Assembly: GCA_026023565.1 (NCBI GenBank)
Contig: JAPETS010000005.1
Span: 806,001 to 870,000 of the forward strand
Source: Cirrosporium novae-zelandiae
Lineage: Eukaryota
Length of the DNA stretch: 64,000 bases
Direction of reading: 5' to 3'
Of the stretch, positions 23,765 to 35,939 are shown in pieces; the first letter of the stretch is position 1, and the number at the start of each line of letters is the position of its first letter. The notes below the pieces were generated by a model, which saw only the letters and a program-made list of their open reading frames with translations, was not told where the DNA came from and made no database searches. The position numbers and the translations under genes are program-made.

Positions 23765-24133
23765 TCAACTTCGGCTAGTTGGTGCAAGCAGCTTAGGTGT
23801 CCTAGGTGCAAGACAGCACCCATAATCCCATTCCTTAGTTATAAAACAAGCCCCAGAGAAGCACTCCTTATCATGATAACACTTCCCCCATTTGGTGTCA
23901 CATGGCGGCTCAAATAACTCCTCCGCCTTCTTTGTATCAAGTTTGCTTAGAGCAACACCAATACATATAATTATAATGAAGGAGAAGATAGCTAGGATGA
24001 CAAGAATAGCGATGAGGGCTCTTTTCCTAGCATTGGGGGAAAAAGCGGAGTACGTTGTGTGAAATGGGAGGGCGGCCTTGTAGGCTTCGTTGGTTTCGGC
24101 ATGAGTAGCGGAATCTTTGTTGGTAGCAGACAT
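23765..24133 (-). CDS. Small single-pass membrane protein with a C-terminal 6-Cys module, 122 aa
   Basis: ATG in good context (CACCATG). Basic RKR, then a ~25-aa hydrophobic helix, then C-x6-C-x5-C-x4-C-x9-CC. Confidence 0.7.
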   Translation of the reverse strand: MSATNKDSATHAETNEAYKAALPFHTTYSAFSPNARKRALIAILVILAIFSFIIIICIGVALSKLDTKKAEELFEPPCDTKWGKCYHDKECFSGACFITKEWDYGCCLAPRTPKLLAPTSRS

Positions 24134-25842
24134 GGTGATGATCGTGGTTTGCGGTTAAAGAGTTATGAGCGTAAAGAGGGTATTGCTTGGATATTGCTAG
24201 GAAGAAAGAGGATGCACGGGGATGATTCTGGTCGAAGTGTGCCGTTTATAGATGGACTACGGCACCCAACCTGAGCTATAAATGCGAGGATGTAACTACA
24301 AATCGAGACCCCCAATATTTAACCTTCCAATTTGATCCATCACAATCATGGACATCTGAATCCCCACGGGGTACGGTGGTATGCGGCAATATAAGTCTCC
24401 ACAAAATGGAAAGTTATTCACAAGTTCGCCTTCGAAACAGGAAACGTCGAATGACATTCCCTTGGGGGTGATCTCTTATGAACTTGACTCTCCTCGTGCA
24501 ATTATAATGCTAAGAGGATGGTTTTGAAGAACACGAAGACAGACCTCAAGTTTGATGCGATTTTCAACCCGAACTTCATAGCGGTTACCTGGAACACTAT
24601 AAAGAATCACTAGATATAAGTTAAATTATACCTTGTATGCTGTAAGATGTGTGTTTTTTGTTTCTTTTTTGGATTTCTTTGCCTTCACGCTATATCAATT
24701 CCAAGAGAGAGAAACATGAATAGCCTTTTAATGAATGGCCTTAAGGTGCTCGTGTTCGGTGATAGTCCATTTCTGCCGTAAAGGCCTCATCATAACTTTG
24801 GAAGCTGCTGTCACTTTGAGCAATAGAGCTAACTTTTTCTGGTTATGGGACCTTAAATATCAATTTGGACCTAAATAGGGCGATTGGGGCCGACTAAAAA
24901 CTCACGGTGAAACAATTTTAGGTGTTTATAATTTGTTCCTATTAGAACACAAACGGAAACCAAACAAAGGGCAAAATATTATCGATACACCGACGACTTT
25001 TGTGGCTTGAAATGGACGAGTTGTCATAATTATCATATAAACCCCGAAACAGTCTCCTTCTAGATGTCTGGTGCTTATTGGCCCTTAAGAACCCCTCTAT
25101 AGGCACATTCCAAGGTATTTTCTGTATTTTCTATGTCAGCCCATATACCCGAGAATACAAATGTAAATTGGTAATAGAGATTCGGTCGGTTGATTATCTT
25201 CGACGGCGAAAAGGGATGGCCAAGAAATCCTTATGGATATCAAGTAGAAAACAATGTTTCATGCGGGTGGCAGTCAATAGTTTTATAACTACAGATGCTA
25301 AAGGTGCAGAAAATGCTAGTAGGCTCAGTGTTAGAGTCAAATATCACCAAAGTCTAACTAACACCGCAAGGAACGGAGCATCCGATAATGCAAAAAACAA
25401 TGAAGCACATGAGGACACATAAGATAAAATCTTCAATTAAGTAATCACGACGATAGAAACATCAAACAACACCAGAGTATTCTGACACTGTTTAAACCTT
25501 ATAAAGTCGTGGTAGCACACTTCAACCTAGATTTGTTAGTTCTCCTATGGGGTAGTTAATAAAGTTTATGGGCGTCTGATATCTTTTTAAGAAACTACCT
25601 AGGTACCTAGCTTTGGCCATGGGAAAGGTTCAGCCTAAAGTCGGCATTCCTAGTTGACAATCGGTCCTGCTAGTTGGTAATCAGTCCGAGGAATTTGTGA
25701 GAAGGTGGATTATGATCTCTCGTGAAAGTTATCTCTGAGCCGTAAGGCACTTACCTAATAAGCCGATAACTTGAAGATCATAAGCTTATAAGTAGCACCT
25801 TTCCCCCCCCCAAAGCCAGATGCAACCCAGCAAGATTTTACT

Positions 25843-26467
25843 ATGACTTCCACACAATCGTTCAAGCAATGGAGACCGAGCGCGAATTCCATTCCACGAC
25901 CGCATTAGACAAGGAGTGTTTTCATCCCGCGAGGTCTACAAGCTACTCCAATCCAGATAGAAACCAATTTCCCGAACAGCGGGCCTCAGGGAAGCTACAT
26001 TTTCTCAGGACCAACTTCGACAAGGTAGGATAAATTGTAGAAGATCTTTCCTGAGCTGGTCCCTAAACTGTTTAATAGTGGATAGATGAGGACGAACAGG
26101 ATACTGCCCCAGAAGATGACTACATGAACAGCTTCAAGACCGGATGACTGAGCTTAAATCGTGGACTTTCTGCTTGAACGTATCCCCGACAGCAAACCCC
26201 TATATCGGGCTGCAGATTATGCGGGAGGATGGTGAACAAGTCTGGTTTGACAAGAGGGAGAGAGGCACTAGCAAAGAAACTTTAGAAGAGGCATTTACAG
26301 AGAGCCATGGAGATGATTCTGGATTTTGTAAAATACTCGGAAAAAGGACACTCAACAACGACATAAGAGAGGCGATTCAATTACAGAGAGTTAGTGGGAA
26401 TGAATGGTTTTGGCAACTTGGGGGTACTGTTGATTTCTTAATCCCCTTCAAGAAGAGACGGATTTGA
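25843..26467 (+). pseudogene. Probable decayed hypothetical gene
   Basis: Protein-like ORF 26144..26467, preceded by an ATG-initiated frame with internal stops and a GTAGG...TAG intron-like segment at about 26025-26085. Confidence 0.35.
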
Positions 26468-26813
26468 AAAAGATTCATCAGATAGATAGAAAGAAAATAA
26501 ACGGAAATCTAGCTAGCTCGTTTCAACCCTACGAAAACCCTTGTACCGTATATGTAAATGTACAAATAGCAACGAAAAGCTTAGTAGGGCATAAGAAATC
26601 GGAAACTAATAGATCGATTCCCTCAATGAAAAAGAGGCGAAAAACGTTCCATATAGACTATAGGGTAATTAGGCATCCTTTTGTTTGGCTGGAGAAGAAA
26701 AACCTAAAGCCTCAGAGGAGTGAAACCCGTTAGTTTTTTTTTTAAGGGTGGGGGGGGGTGGGTATATATGGGTATGGGTATGGATGGATGAAGAGAGTGG
26801 GGATGAAATCGCC

Positions 26814-26843
<30 letters not shown>
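26814..26843. repeat. (GTT)10 microsatellite
   Basis: Read directly from the sequence. Confidence 0.95.
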
Positions 26844-26844
<1 letters not shown>

Positions 26845-27294
26845 GTAGTCCGAAGTGAGTTCAGTAGTTAGACGGGAATCGATATTTATATGTATATAAC
26901 TCGACGAAAACATCCCCCAAAAAGCCTCAAAACGGAATCAAAATTTTTAAATTTAAGATGAAATAATGAGAGGGGGACGAGGAAGAGGAAAGAAGAATAG
27001 AAATTCAAATGTCGTCGTTATATATTCATCATTCACTTTTCACTTTACTTATGCGTCTAGCAAGCAATCAATCGTTCCGTCTGACTATATGAGACCAGGC
27101 CAATAAAGAAGAAAGGATAGTCTACTGCTAACCCCGCGCTTTGGTTAGAGATAGACTATACAAAAGCAATTGATGGATGCTACACAACCACATCTATCCA
27201 CACGACCTCACATGGCAAGACATAACTGGCACGCCCTTCACGGTTTCACACTGTGAAGCTATATCAACAAGCCATGATCCTCGTCATCACGCAT

Positions 27295-30200
27295 CTACCG
27301 CTTCCCCTTCCTCTTGTTAACGACCTTGAATCCCAATCCCGGTTGCTGTTCCTCTTTGGGCCCCCTTTTTGCAACTTCGCTCCATCCCTTCTCTTCCTTG
27401 CCCGCAGCGCTCGCTCCGCTAGCATAGCTAATACTGGTAGCTGCGGATTCGACAATCCCCTTGTCAGCAAGCTTGCGTCGTCGAATGAATTCTTCAGCGA
27501 AGCGATTGCCATCAAGGGCTTGGGAGTTGGCATAGATGGCTTCGCGGATGATTTCGGCTTCCGATGGGAGCTGGAATAGTTGTTGGACGAAGTCGTCCAC
27601 TAGAAGATAGGGTTAGTTAAAAAGTATTTTGATAGTTGAAGTAAGAATGTGACACTAACCATTAATGCTAGAATTGAGACCCTTCCCCAAAGCGCCCTTC
27701 ATCCACTTAGTAAACTCTTCATTTGCCTTGCTCTGACTTGAGACGGCGGTTGAAACGCTCCTTGTGGTGGTGATTACTGGCCTCGGCTTTGAAACAGAGG
27801 AAGTTGTGGAGGGCGCCGTGCTGGTACTGGCGGATCTCGATCCAGAAATTGCAGCTGGAGCAATTGGAGCGGTCACTGGCCCTTTAGCCTTACCAGACGC
27901 ACCAACAGTCACCCAGTTCCCAGGTGCGGCCGAGGACGGCATAGCAGCAACCTTACCGGCGAGATCTGCGTAGCGTTTAGTCCCTGATGGTGGTTGCTGG
28001 GCAGGTGTGGCAACATGAGCAGCACTTGCAGCGGCGGCAAGACGTTGTTTCTTGGCTTCTTCTTCCTTCTGGATTTGTGCCAAGGTCTTCTTAGTAGGGG
28101 GGGCATTCGGGACAATTGCGCCTTTGTTTGCCAAGGGTTTTGCCCAGGCGGAGGCTGTGGATGACGGAGTTGCAGGAGAGCCGCTACTAGCCCATGTCGA
28201 GGTTGATGGAAGACCTGGCGCCGGAGCGGCATTGACAGCCGATTGGTTCAAGCGATCTTGTTCGGCCAATGCAGCTCGCCGAGCAGCAGCTGCGATCTCC
28301 TCTTGTTGGGCAGCTTTCCGAGCTTCGGCTTCCTGGATTTCCTTCAAGGAAGGCCCCCTAGATGCTTCTTGTGGCTCTTTGGCCCACGGAGCAATAGAGG
28401 TGCTGGGAGTGTCGGCTGCAGGGGTTGCAGCTTGAGACCGAGACTCGGCTGCCAAGGTATCCGCTACATTTTGCCGGTTCCTTTGAGCGGTGGGGGCCGG
28501 TAGAGGGGACGAGGACTGTGGTGGTGGAAATGGATGAGGCATACCAATATCTACCTTGGCCCAAGGAGACTGGGGTTGGGGTGATTTCTGTACAGCAGCG
28601 ACAGCTTTCTGCACCTGCTCGGTTAAACTCAACTGTTCTGGTTCCTTGGGAACCGAATCAGGACGATACGGAGGTGCGGTTGATGATTCATCACGAGTCT
28701 TATCTTCTGCGTGGTCTTCAGGCGTGTGCTCGTCAGAACCTGGACTGGGAGGCCTGATTGGTTTTGCGGTAGTTTGCTCTTGTGCTTGGGACATCTCCTC
28801 GTCATGCTGGGCTCTCAAATCTTGAAACTGTCGCAACCGATCATCTTGTCCAAGTTGCTCGTTTGATTCACTCCCTCGTAAAGAATTGAACAGCTCCTGC
28901 TCCTGGGTTAACCGTGCTCGATCTTGTAGCATGTTTGCGATTTGTGTTGAGTGAGCGCTGGTTTCGGGCTGAGATTGTGCAAAGGGGAGAGATCCTCCGA
29001 ATGGGAGCTGAGATCCTCGTCCTAGATTGAGCCGTTCGAGGAGTCTTTCATCTTCACGAAGAATGCCAGCTAGAGGGTCAGCGCTTATCCCTGATGGACC
29101 GGCAAATGCTGCTCCTGGTCGCCCAACCGAGTCGAAGAAACCGGGTACACCTTGCGAGTGTTGTATAGCAGCCTGGGAAGGTGAGGGTTGATAGGCTGAC
29201 GGAGAAGTGATGCTACCAAAGCTTGGTTGGCTGTGAAGACTATGCGCACTAGAATGATGCTGTAATTGATGGGGATGAATGCCATGAATGTGTTGCATCT
29301 GTTTCATCATAACTTGCTGGTGAGCGAGATGTTCCTTCTGTCTGGCCATTAGATATTGCTCCTCTTGTTTCCTTCGTTCCAAGGCATTCTGCTGTTCGGC
29401 AGTTAACGTAGTGCCGAAGCTTGGGAAGCTGCTAGCGAACGGTGGTTGAGCTGGGCCTGCAGAAGGTGCATTGCCTCCAGTAGGAGCACCGGGTGTACCA
29501 TACTGGCTTGGCTGCGTGTTAGGAGGACCATGAGGAACACCAATCTGGGGAACCAAGAAAGGTTCTCGTGAATTACCAATACGTCTGATAAGCTGAGCAA
29601 GTGGCTCATAATCGCTATCTTCAATCTTCTTCACTTGCAGTTCTGGCGAAAAGAACCCTGCCTTATACCAATCATGCATTTCCAGTCCAGACCACGGTCC
29701 TTGGGTATTGCCTTGAGGGTCTCTATAAATCCAACGCATCCGGTCGGGCATCACCATTTCTCGACGTTGTTGATTAGGAAGTTGATTCATACTTGGACTT
29801 TCACTAGCGGCCGGTGCATTCGATCCTTGTTGAGAGCCACCACCTTGAGATGGATGTGGAGATCCGATTATAGTTGAACCAGCAAAAGATGAATTCTGCA
29901 TTGACCCAGAAATGAGCCCTTGCTGGTCTCCTGCGGGTACACTATCATCGCCAGGGCGGCTGCTATGGATGCTATCTTCCATATCTCCGAATTCACGTAG
30001 ATTTCTACTGCCAATTGGTTCCTTGCTTGTATTTTCGTTGCTTTGCCGAGAGGGATCTTCCCGCATTTGATCCTGCATAGCGGCAGGAAACAACGAGCTC
30101 AATTTACTACCACGTCCAATGGTTCCAGGGACAGCAAACGGACTACCAGAACTAAAAAGATTGTTACCTCCCATAGTCGCCAAACTCGGAGAATGCAACT

Positions 30201-32227
30201 CGGGCATTGAGCTCATCAGTGGATCCCCAAAGGGGGAAGCAAATGCACTTTTCTCTCTAGTTGGAGTTCCTATTGCACCAGGATGCATAGGCCAGCCACC
30301 AGGTTGACTAAGACCTCCAAATGCGCCCAAACCAAAGTTTGGCAGTCCTCTATTGCCCCCAGCACTGGAGGTTTGGCTTCTATCGCTGGCAGCGGCCTCA
30401 AATGCAGCCGAGACACCTCTTGGGATTTGATTAAGACCTCCAAAACTTTGTTCGCCACGCAGGTTGCTTAGGCCTGGAAGATGTAGCGCTTGGATGTCCG
30501 ATCCATCGGTGTCGATATCATCAGTATCTACCGCTCTCTCACCTTCTGGGCTTTGATAAGGATTCGTGTTTGTAGGGCTCATGGGTTCCTGATGGTGAGC
30601 CGCCTGCGGCGTCTGCTGGAGATACTCTCGTTGACGAGCCATCTCCCGGAAGCCAGGAATATTCTGAGACATCCCAAACGCCGAGAGTCCCATTTCATCA
30701 ATAGAAGCTTGAGAAGTTGGGATACCGAAATCTGGTCTCCTCATATTGGGGGGACTAAATTCTTGGCCCCCTAGAGCCGCGCTTCCTCGTTGATCCTCCT
30801 CGCCAAAAGGATTCGATTCAGTAGTATACGACCTGTTTGCACGGGTTTCCCCGAAGCTAGGAAGAGACGGGTTAGGTTCGTCTTCAGGGAGCCGCTCCAG
30901 ATTAGTTAATGAGGGTTTCTCCCTTATACGGGCATTCAGATCTTCAGAGCTATCTCTTCCCATTATCCCCTTGAACCTACTTTCGCCTCGTATACTACCG
31001 AACCCACTCTTTTTATCACCCGTCAATGTAGATGGGCCTGGGTTTCCACTGAGAGAGAAATTTCCAAAAGCGCCCATGGGCGAAAAGCCCGAGGTTGTTG
31101 GCCCAGCAGACCAAGGAGATTGCGAAGCAGGAAGATCGGTAGTAACAGGGTTGGTTGTGCTACGCTTTAAACTTGCAAAGGGAGAAGTTGAATCTCCTGT
31201 GTTTTTAGGATCCTTTTCCTTTTCATCTATTTTGATTTCGGAACTGCCTTCCCGAAAATCAGTTCGCCGCCGCAAAAGCGCGGGGGGTGGTGTCGCCGTA
31301 TTTGGTTCATCTCGGAAAAATCTACCGGTGCCAGTCGGAGACGCTAAGGGGTTAGGAGATGTGAGGGATTCACTTGTTTCTCTGCGTCTAGGATTTGGGC
31401 GAGCTGTAGTTGGAGAAGACACTCCAAATGAGTTATGCATTTGAGATAGAGAAGTTTTGCGACCCCCGAGAGTATTATTTGGTATGCCTTCTTTGCCTGC
31501 CGCTTGTGAGGGCGGCTTTAGCGGGGAATTTACACTGTTAAACAGCTGTAACTTTGTAAGCTAAGCCATGATAGCACATAATATAGTCGAGTACTTGCCT
31601 CCTTTTCTACTTCAGTCATGTCGGTCAGTCCTAAGGGAGCATTGCCGCCTTCATTATCCCAGCAGACATCAGCGGCTATAACTCCCTCTTTATGATCATC
31701 TTTTCTTCCCCAACTACCACCATTTGTCGTGGCATTAGCTGCCCCACCTGCAGAATTCCAGCTTCCCTGAAGAAGATTGGGCAAGTTTTTCTCCAAGTTC
31801 CCGGCGTCCTTTTGATTTCGGAAGAAACTCAGTAGCTGATCTTTTGTGTAACGGGTATCAGTGCTCGCACCGTTACGGGAGTATGGGGAACTTGTGTTGA
31901 GGTGGGGAGGGACATAAGGCGCCGCGCCACTCGTTGGGGTCGACGCGGTATTCTGGCTACTATCTCGCTGGTGTGATGTACTTGTCGCAAGGGAAGGGCG
32001 ACGGAAAGTATGTGTTGCGCCATTCATACGAGTACGGGACCTGGTAGATAAATGCGAGAGTAAGTCCCTGGAACGGTTTATGGTACTAAGGAAATCATCA
32101 AAGGGTTGGAGGTAGCATGAACTGACCAGTCCCCGCTTCCACTGATACTTCTCGAACCGGAGTCAGTGCTATGGTTGTTGGCGCCAGCTGCAGCAGAAGC
32201 AAAGCTGGAGGGAAATGGAGAAGGCAT
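27295..32227 (-). CDS. GYF-domain protein (Smy2/Mpd2/GIGYF-like), 4 exons
   Basis: GYF motif WIYRDPQGNTQGPWSGLEMHDWYKAGFF; N-terminus MPSPFPSSFASAAAG; C-terminus FAEEFIRRRK. Introns 32041-32126, 31546-31598 (GC-AG) and about 27600-27659. Confidence 0.95.
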
Positions 32228-33544
32228 CGTGTGTATGATGAATCAAACTTCGGGACCAATTTAGCAAATCTAATGGCGAAGGCTGAAGGCTTTTTGGAAG
32301 ATTACCACTTAATAGACGGAAGCTCGGGCGGCAAGTGGCAAAAGTTGTATGGTTGGGAAAAATTCGATTGTTTTGAGAGACAGAGTCGAGGGTCTCGACG
32401 AGGCGAAGGGTAGCCGGGTATATATTTTTTTGGTTCGAATATTGATCTCGTGGTGGTTGACCAGATGAATGGATAATAATATTTGAGCCTTAGATTCAAG
32501 GGCACGGAGCAAAAAGTACGTGTGTAGTTCTGAAAAGGGGAGCTAAGTCGGATACTGTACTAAGCGAATCAATCAAGGCCCACCAACAATACAAATGATG
32601 GGAAAAAATATCAATATTAAACCTCCTTGCTTTATTCTATAGGCTTTATATGCTATAAAGGATACTTTGGAATAATACCTTCATCCTGAGTCATTCATTT
32701 TTTTTAAGATTTAGTCAGGCAAATATTATCCAAACACATGGAACAACATCACATCAAAGCACTTGGTTTGGATCTATCAGATATTGCGTGATGACCATCT
32801 ATTTTACTGTTTCTATATCTGGATACGTCTTGTCCTTGAAAGGTGTTTTGATTATCTATTAGCTCTTAGGGCTCCCACAGGTTTTTTTTCTCTCTCTTCA
32901 GAACATCAGAATAACAATACTTTTATTATCAGGTCTTCCCTCATCATTCCAACAGCTCCTCAGCTAGGACTAAAACCCTTGTCAATAAGCACATTGACAG
33001 GAGTCACCAGGCCAGCTCAGGGCTTTGGGGTGAGGCTCACTCTGCAGATACTGCACAATCGATTGGAAGATCTGTTTGCTGCGGGATCCTGCAGTCACGC
33101 CGTTTGCAACACCGGTGGACTACTGTTCTTCACAATCATTGTGCTCCTCTCGGATGTCTTATTCCAGAATTTAGACATGAGCTTAAGGTGATTGTCTGTT
33201 ATTTGACAATGTTACTCTGCCAGCAACCTCTTTCAGCAATCGGGTGAAAACTCGGGTTGGACGGTTTTACATTAGCTATTAGTAGCAAGCAATTCTTTTA
33301 GCTGCTATGGTTGTCTCTTACGAGCATTCGCTGCCAATAAGTATGTTCTTCAACGTATAAGAACAAGCTCTACCTACATAAACCTCATCTGTTTTCTGCA
33401 CAATTATTGCTTTGGCTTTTAACATATTTTCCGAATCTGTGATACATAGCTTGAATATTGTACTTCTGTCTGCCACCATTTCCTCTATCACCCCTTAGCT
33501 TTCCATCATCGTTTCCCCCAATTATCATTACTCAAACCCTGATC

Positions 33545-34582
33545 ATGACCCTTTTTGGCCTTGGCCATAAGAGATGCGTAAAGGAGAAGTATTTTGACGG
33601 AGACCAAATGCCACGCAGGCTACGAGCCAACCCTGGTGCGGTGGGATTTATCAAGCATCCATTTCCGCATGCAGCCTACCGCTCAGATGGCGCCCCCATA
33701 GGCCCATTTCTAGGAGAAGGCTTTGCAGATGGTCAGAACCGGGCTAATCGAGCCAAGACCCAACGTGCCGTGCTCCAGAATTTCGGTCTTGCTGGAAACA
33801 GACATAGAAATTTCTTTCCGGTACCAGGTCCCCCATACCAATTCCCATACCCACGGTCTCTACCGTTCTGTCCACCGATGTCATATAGAACGCCATATCG
33901 TCCTCGCCGGTCAGGATATAGGCGATCAAATGTCCGATTTGCAACCGAACGCGGGGGTGGTTTCAATGGACATGGTGGTCGGGTGCGTGGTGGCGGTCGT
34001 AGCGGCCGGCGACGGGGTAATCCAGTCTTTGGGCGTAGTGGCGGCTATGGTGGCTACCACCACCGAAACCCCCGTGGCCTCAATACCGTTGAGTTTCCAT
34101 CTTCTTTCGGAGGCCTTCCTTACATGGACGAACCTCGCCATAGAAATGCCTTTCGAGGGGACCAGAGAGTGGCTTACGATTTAGATCATTTCCCCAGACA
34201 AATGCGAAGAACGTTGTCGGACGTAGACCTTCAGCAATGGAGCGACATTGACGACTCGGAAGCCTCCAGCGGCTACGAATCGATGTGGGATGACGATGAT
34301 CCTTTCGAACATACTTACCACCGTCGAGGAAGCTACACACGTACTCGGCCTGGCGAGCTAGTCTTTGATGATATGGGCGACGATGCCATATATTCAGAAA
34401 ATGAAGACTATAGTCCTTATACCCAACCACGGTATTCTAATCATGCTGATGGCTACGCAGGAGGAGCAGGAGGTGGAGGAGGCCACAAGCTTTACAGAAG
34501 TCCAAGTCTAGATTCAGAAACCTCTCTCCTTAGTCGATTTGATATCCCTAATATTAAAAGGTATCCATATTCGGGATACTAA
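33545..34582 (+). CDS. Hypothetical Arg/Gly-rich low-complexity protein (about 345 aa)
   Basis: First ATG of ORF 33458..34582 is at 33545. RG/RGG-rich centre and acidic Tyr/Asp-rich tail. Confidence 0.7.
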   Translation: MTLFGLGHKRCVKEKYFDGDQMPRRLRANPGAVGFIKHPFPHAAYRSDGAPIGPFLGEGFADGQNRANRAKTQRAVLQNFGLAGNRHRNFFPVPGPPYQFPYPRSLPFCPPMSYRTPYRPRRSGYRRSNVRFATERGGGFNGHGGRVRGGGRSGRRRGNPVFGRSGGYGGYHHRNPRGLNTVEFPSSFGGLPYMDEPRHRNAFRGDQRVAYDLDHFPRQMRRTLSDVDLQQWSDIDDSEASSGYESMWDDDDPFEHTYHRRGSYTRTRPGELVFDDMGDDAIYSENEDYSPYTQPRYSNHADGYAGGAGGGGGHKLYRSPSLDSETSLLSRFDIPNIKRYPYSGY

Positions 34583-35852
34583 ATAAATAAATGCTATTGA
34601 GAGAACATTTGTTTTCTTGAAGCAAAAAAAAGGATTTAACAATTTAGGCTACGTAGAACTGAATAATAGATAGACTATAGCATGACTCGAAAAACAATAA
34701 TAAAGCTTGCAGTTGAATTTTCAGCCCTTGAAAAGGAACAACAACTGTTGAAAAAAACAAACCACCTCGTGGCCCAAAAAAGGTTTATCCCCCCCACGGG
34801 CTACGGAGGAGGACTAGGGTTCTTGTATTTTTTTTTTGAGTTCAAACCTGCCATCCATAATTTTCGTTCGTCTATGGAGTACCGCACAATACCTACGAGA
34901 CACACCCGAGGGTACGCCGAAGGGAAGGGAAGGAGAGAGATGTGTCAAAAGGCCTTATTATCATTATTATTATTAGAGTAAGGGGAGCTGAGAACGTTGG
35001 AAAAATGAATTTTGTGATGATGCATGCATGCATGCGCATTCACACACCTCTCCTCTCTCCTCTGGATGGATAAATTATGCTATTTACAAAAATATATTTT
35101 GGATGTGAGCTGAAAAGGTAGTGACGTCGGGATGTGGACTTTGTAATGGATGGATGGATAAGGTGTTTTGGACCGGAAATAAGGCTCAATCAACTCGGGT
35201 CGAGAGAGCAGCAGCAGCAGCACCCAGTCAATCAGTCGAGTGAGTGAGTTGAGGTCCTCTTTTTTGGGACCAGAAGGGTCTTCGGGTCTTCGTAACATTC
35301 AACTTTAACTAAGCTTTTTGTGTGGCGAAAAGCAAAACCAGGACCCGCCGTCGAGAGCAAGCAGGTAGATCCACCCAATGGCATGTTTGAAGAAAAAAAA
35401 AATACCCTGCACGAACCACATTCCTTTTTCCCTTTTTGAAGTACAACAACAACAACAACAACAATCAAAATGTATTTTGGGAGTTGGACAAAGGGTTTCT
35501 TCTTCCATGCAGGGGGTGGTGGGGGGGGGGGCACACTTGATGGAACAAAAAGAAAAGACAAGTTTCCCCTAGAATAAGAAATGGGAATTCTGGCGGCGGC
35601 GCTACCTTGATTTTATTTTTTATTTCCTCTTTTCTTTTCTTTTCGTTTGGCTGGGAGGGTTCTTCTTTCGAAATAATCCTTGAATGCTTGAATCCTTGCA
35701 TCCTTGACCGTTCATTTTTTCGACGTTCCGTCATTCCCTCGGGCATTCGGCCGAAAGGGGAGGGGGGATTGTGAACTGTCCCTTTTCGGATTGCTTGGCT
35801 TTTTGCTGCTTTTGCTGCTTCTGCTGCTTTTGCTGCTGTTGCCCCTTGGTCT

Positions 35853-35939
35853 GTGATGAAATCAACGTTTGATCCGGATAATATCAACATATTGTATTAT
35901 TGCCTTTACCCTTCCTAGAACACTTCCGATGGTCCCTGA
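35853..35939 (+). ncRNA. Candidate box C/D snoRNA
   Basis: GTGATGA (C box) and CTGA (D box) span 87 nt and are followed by a GCTAAC branch site and TTAG acceptor. No terminal stem and no firmly identified guide. Confidence 0.25.

Noticed and set aside
35465..35890. 141-aa ORF with AAKAAEAAKAAK
   Set aside because: The protein-like pattern derives from a 9-bp DNA tandem repeat and the rest is low complexity; not supportable as a CDS.
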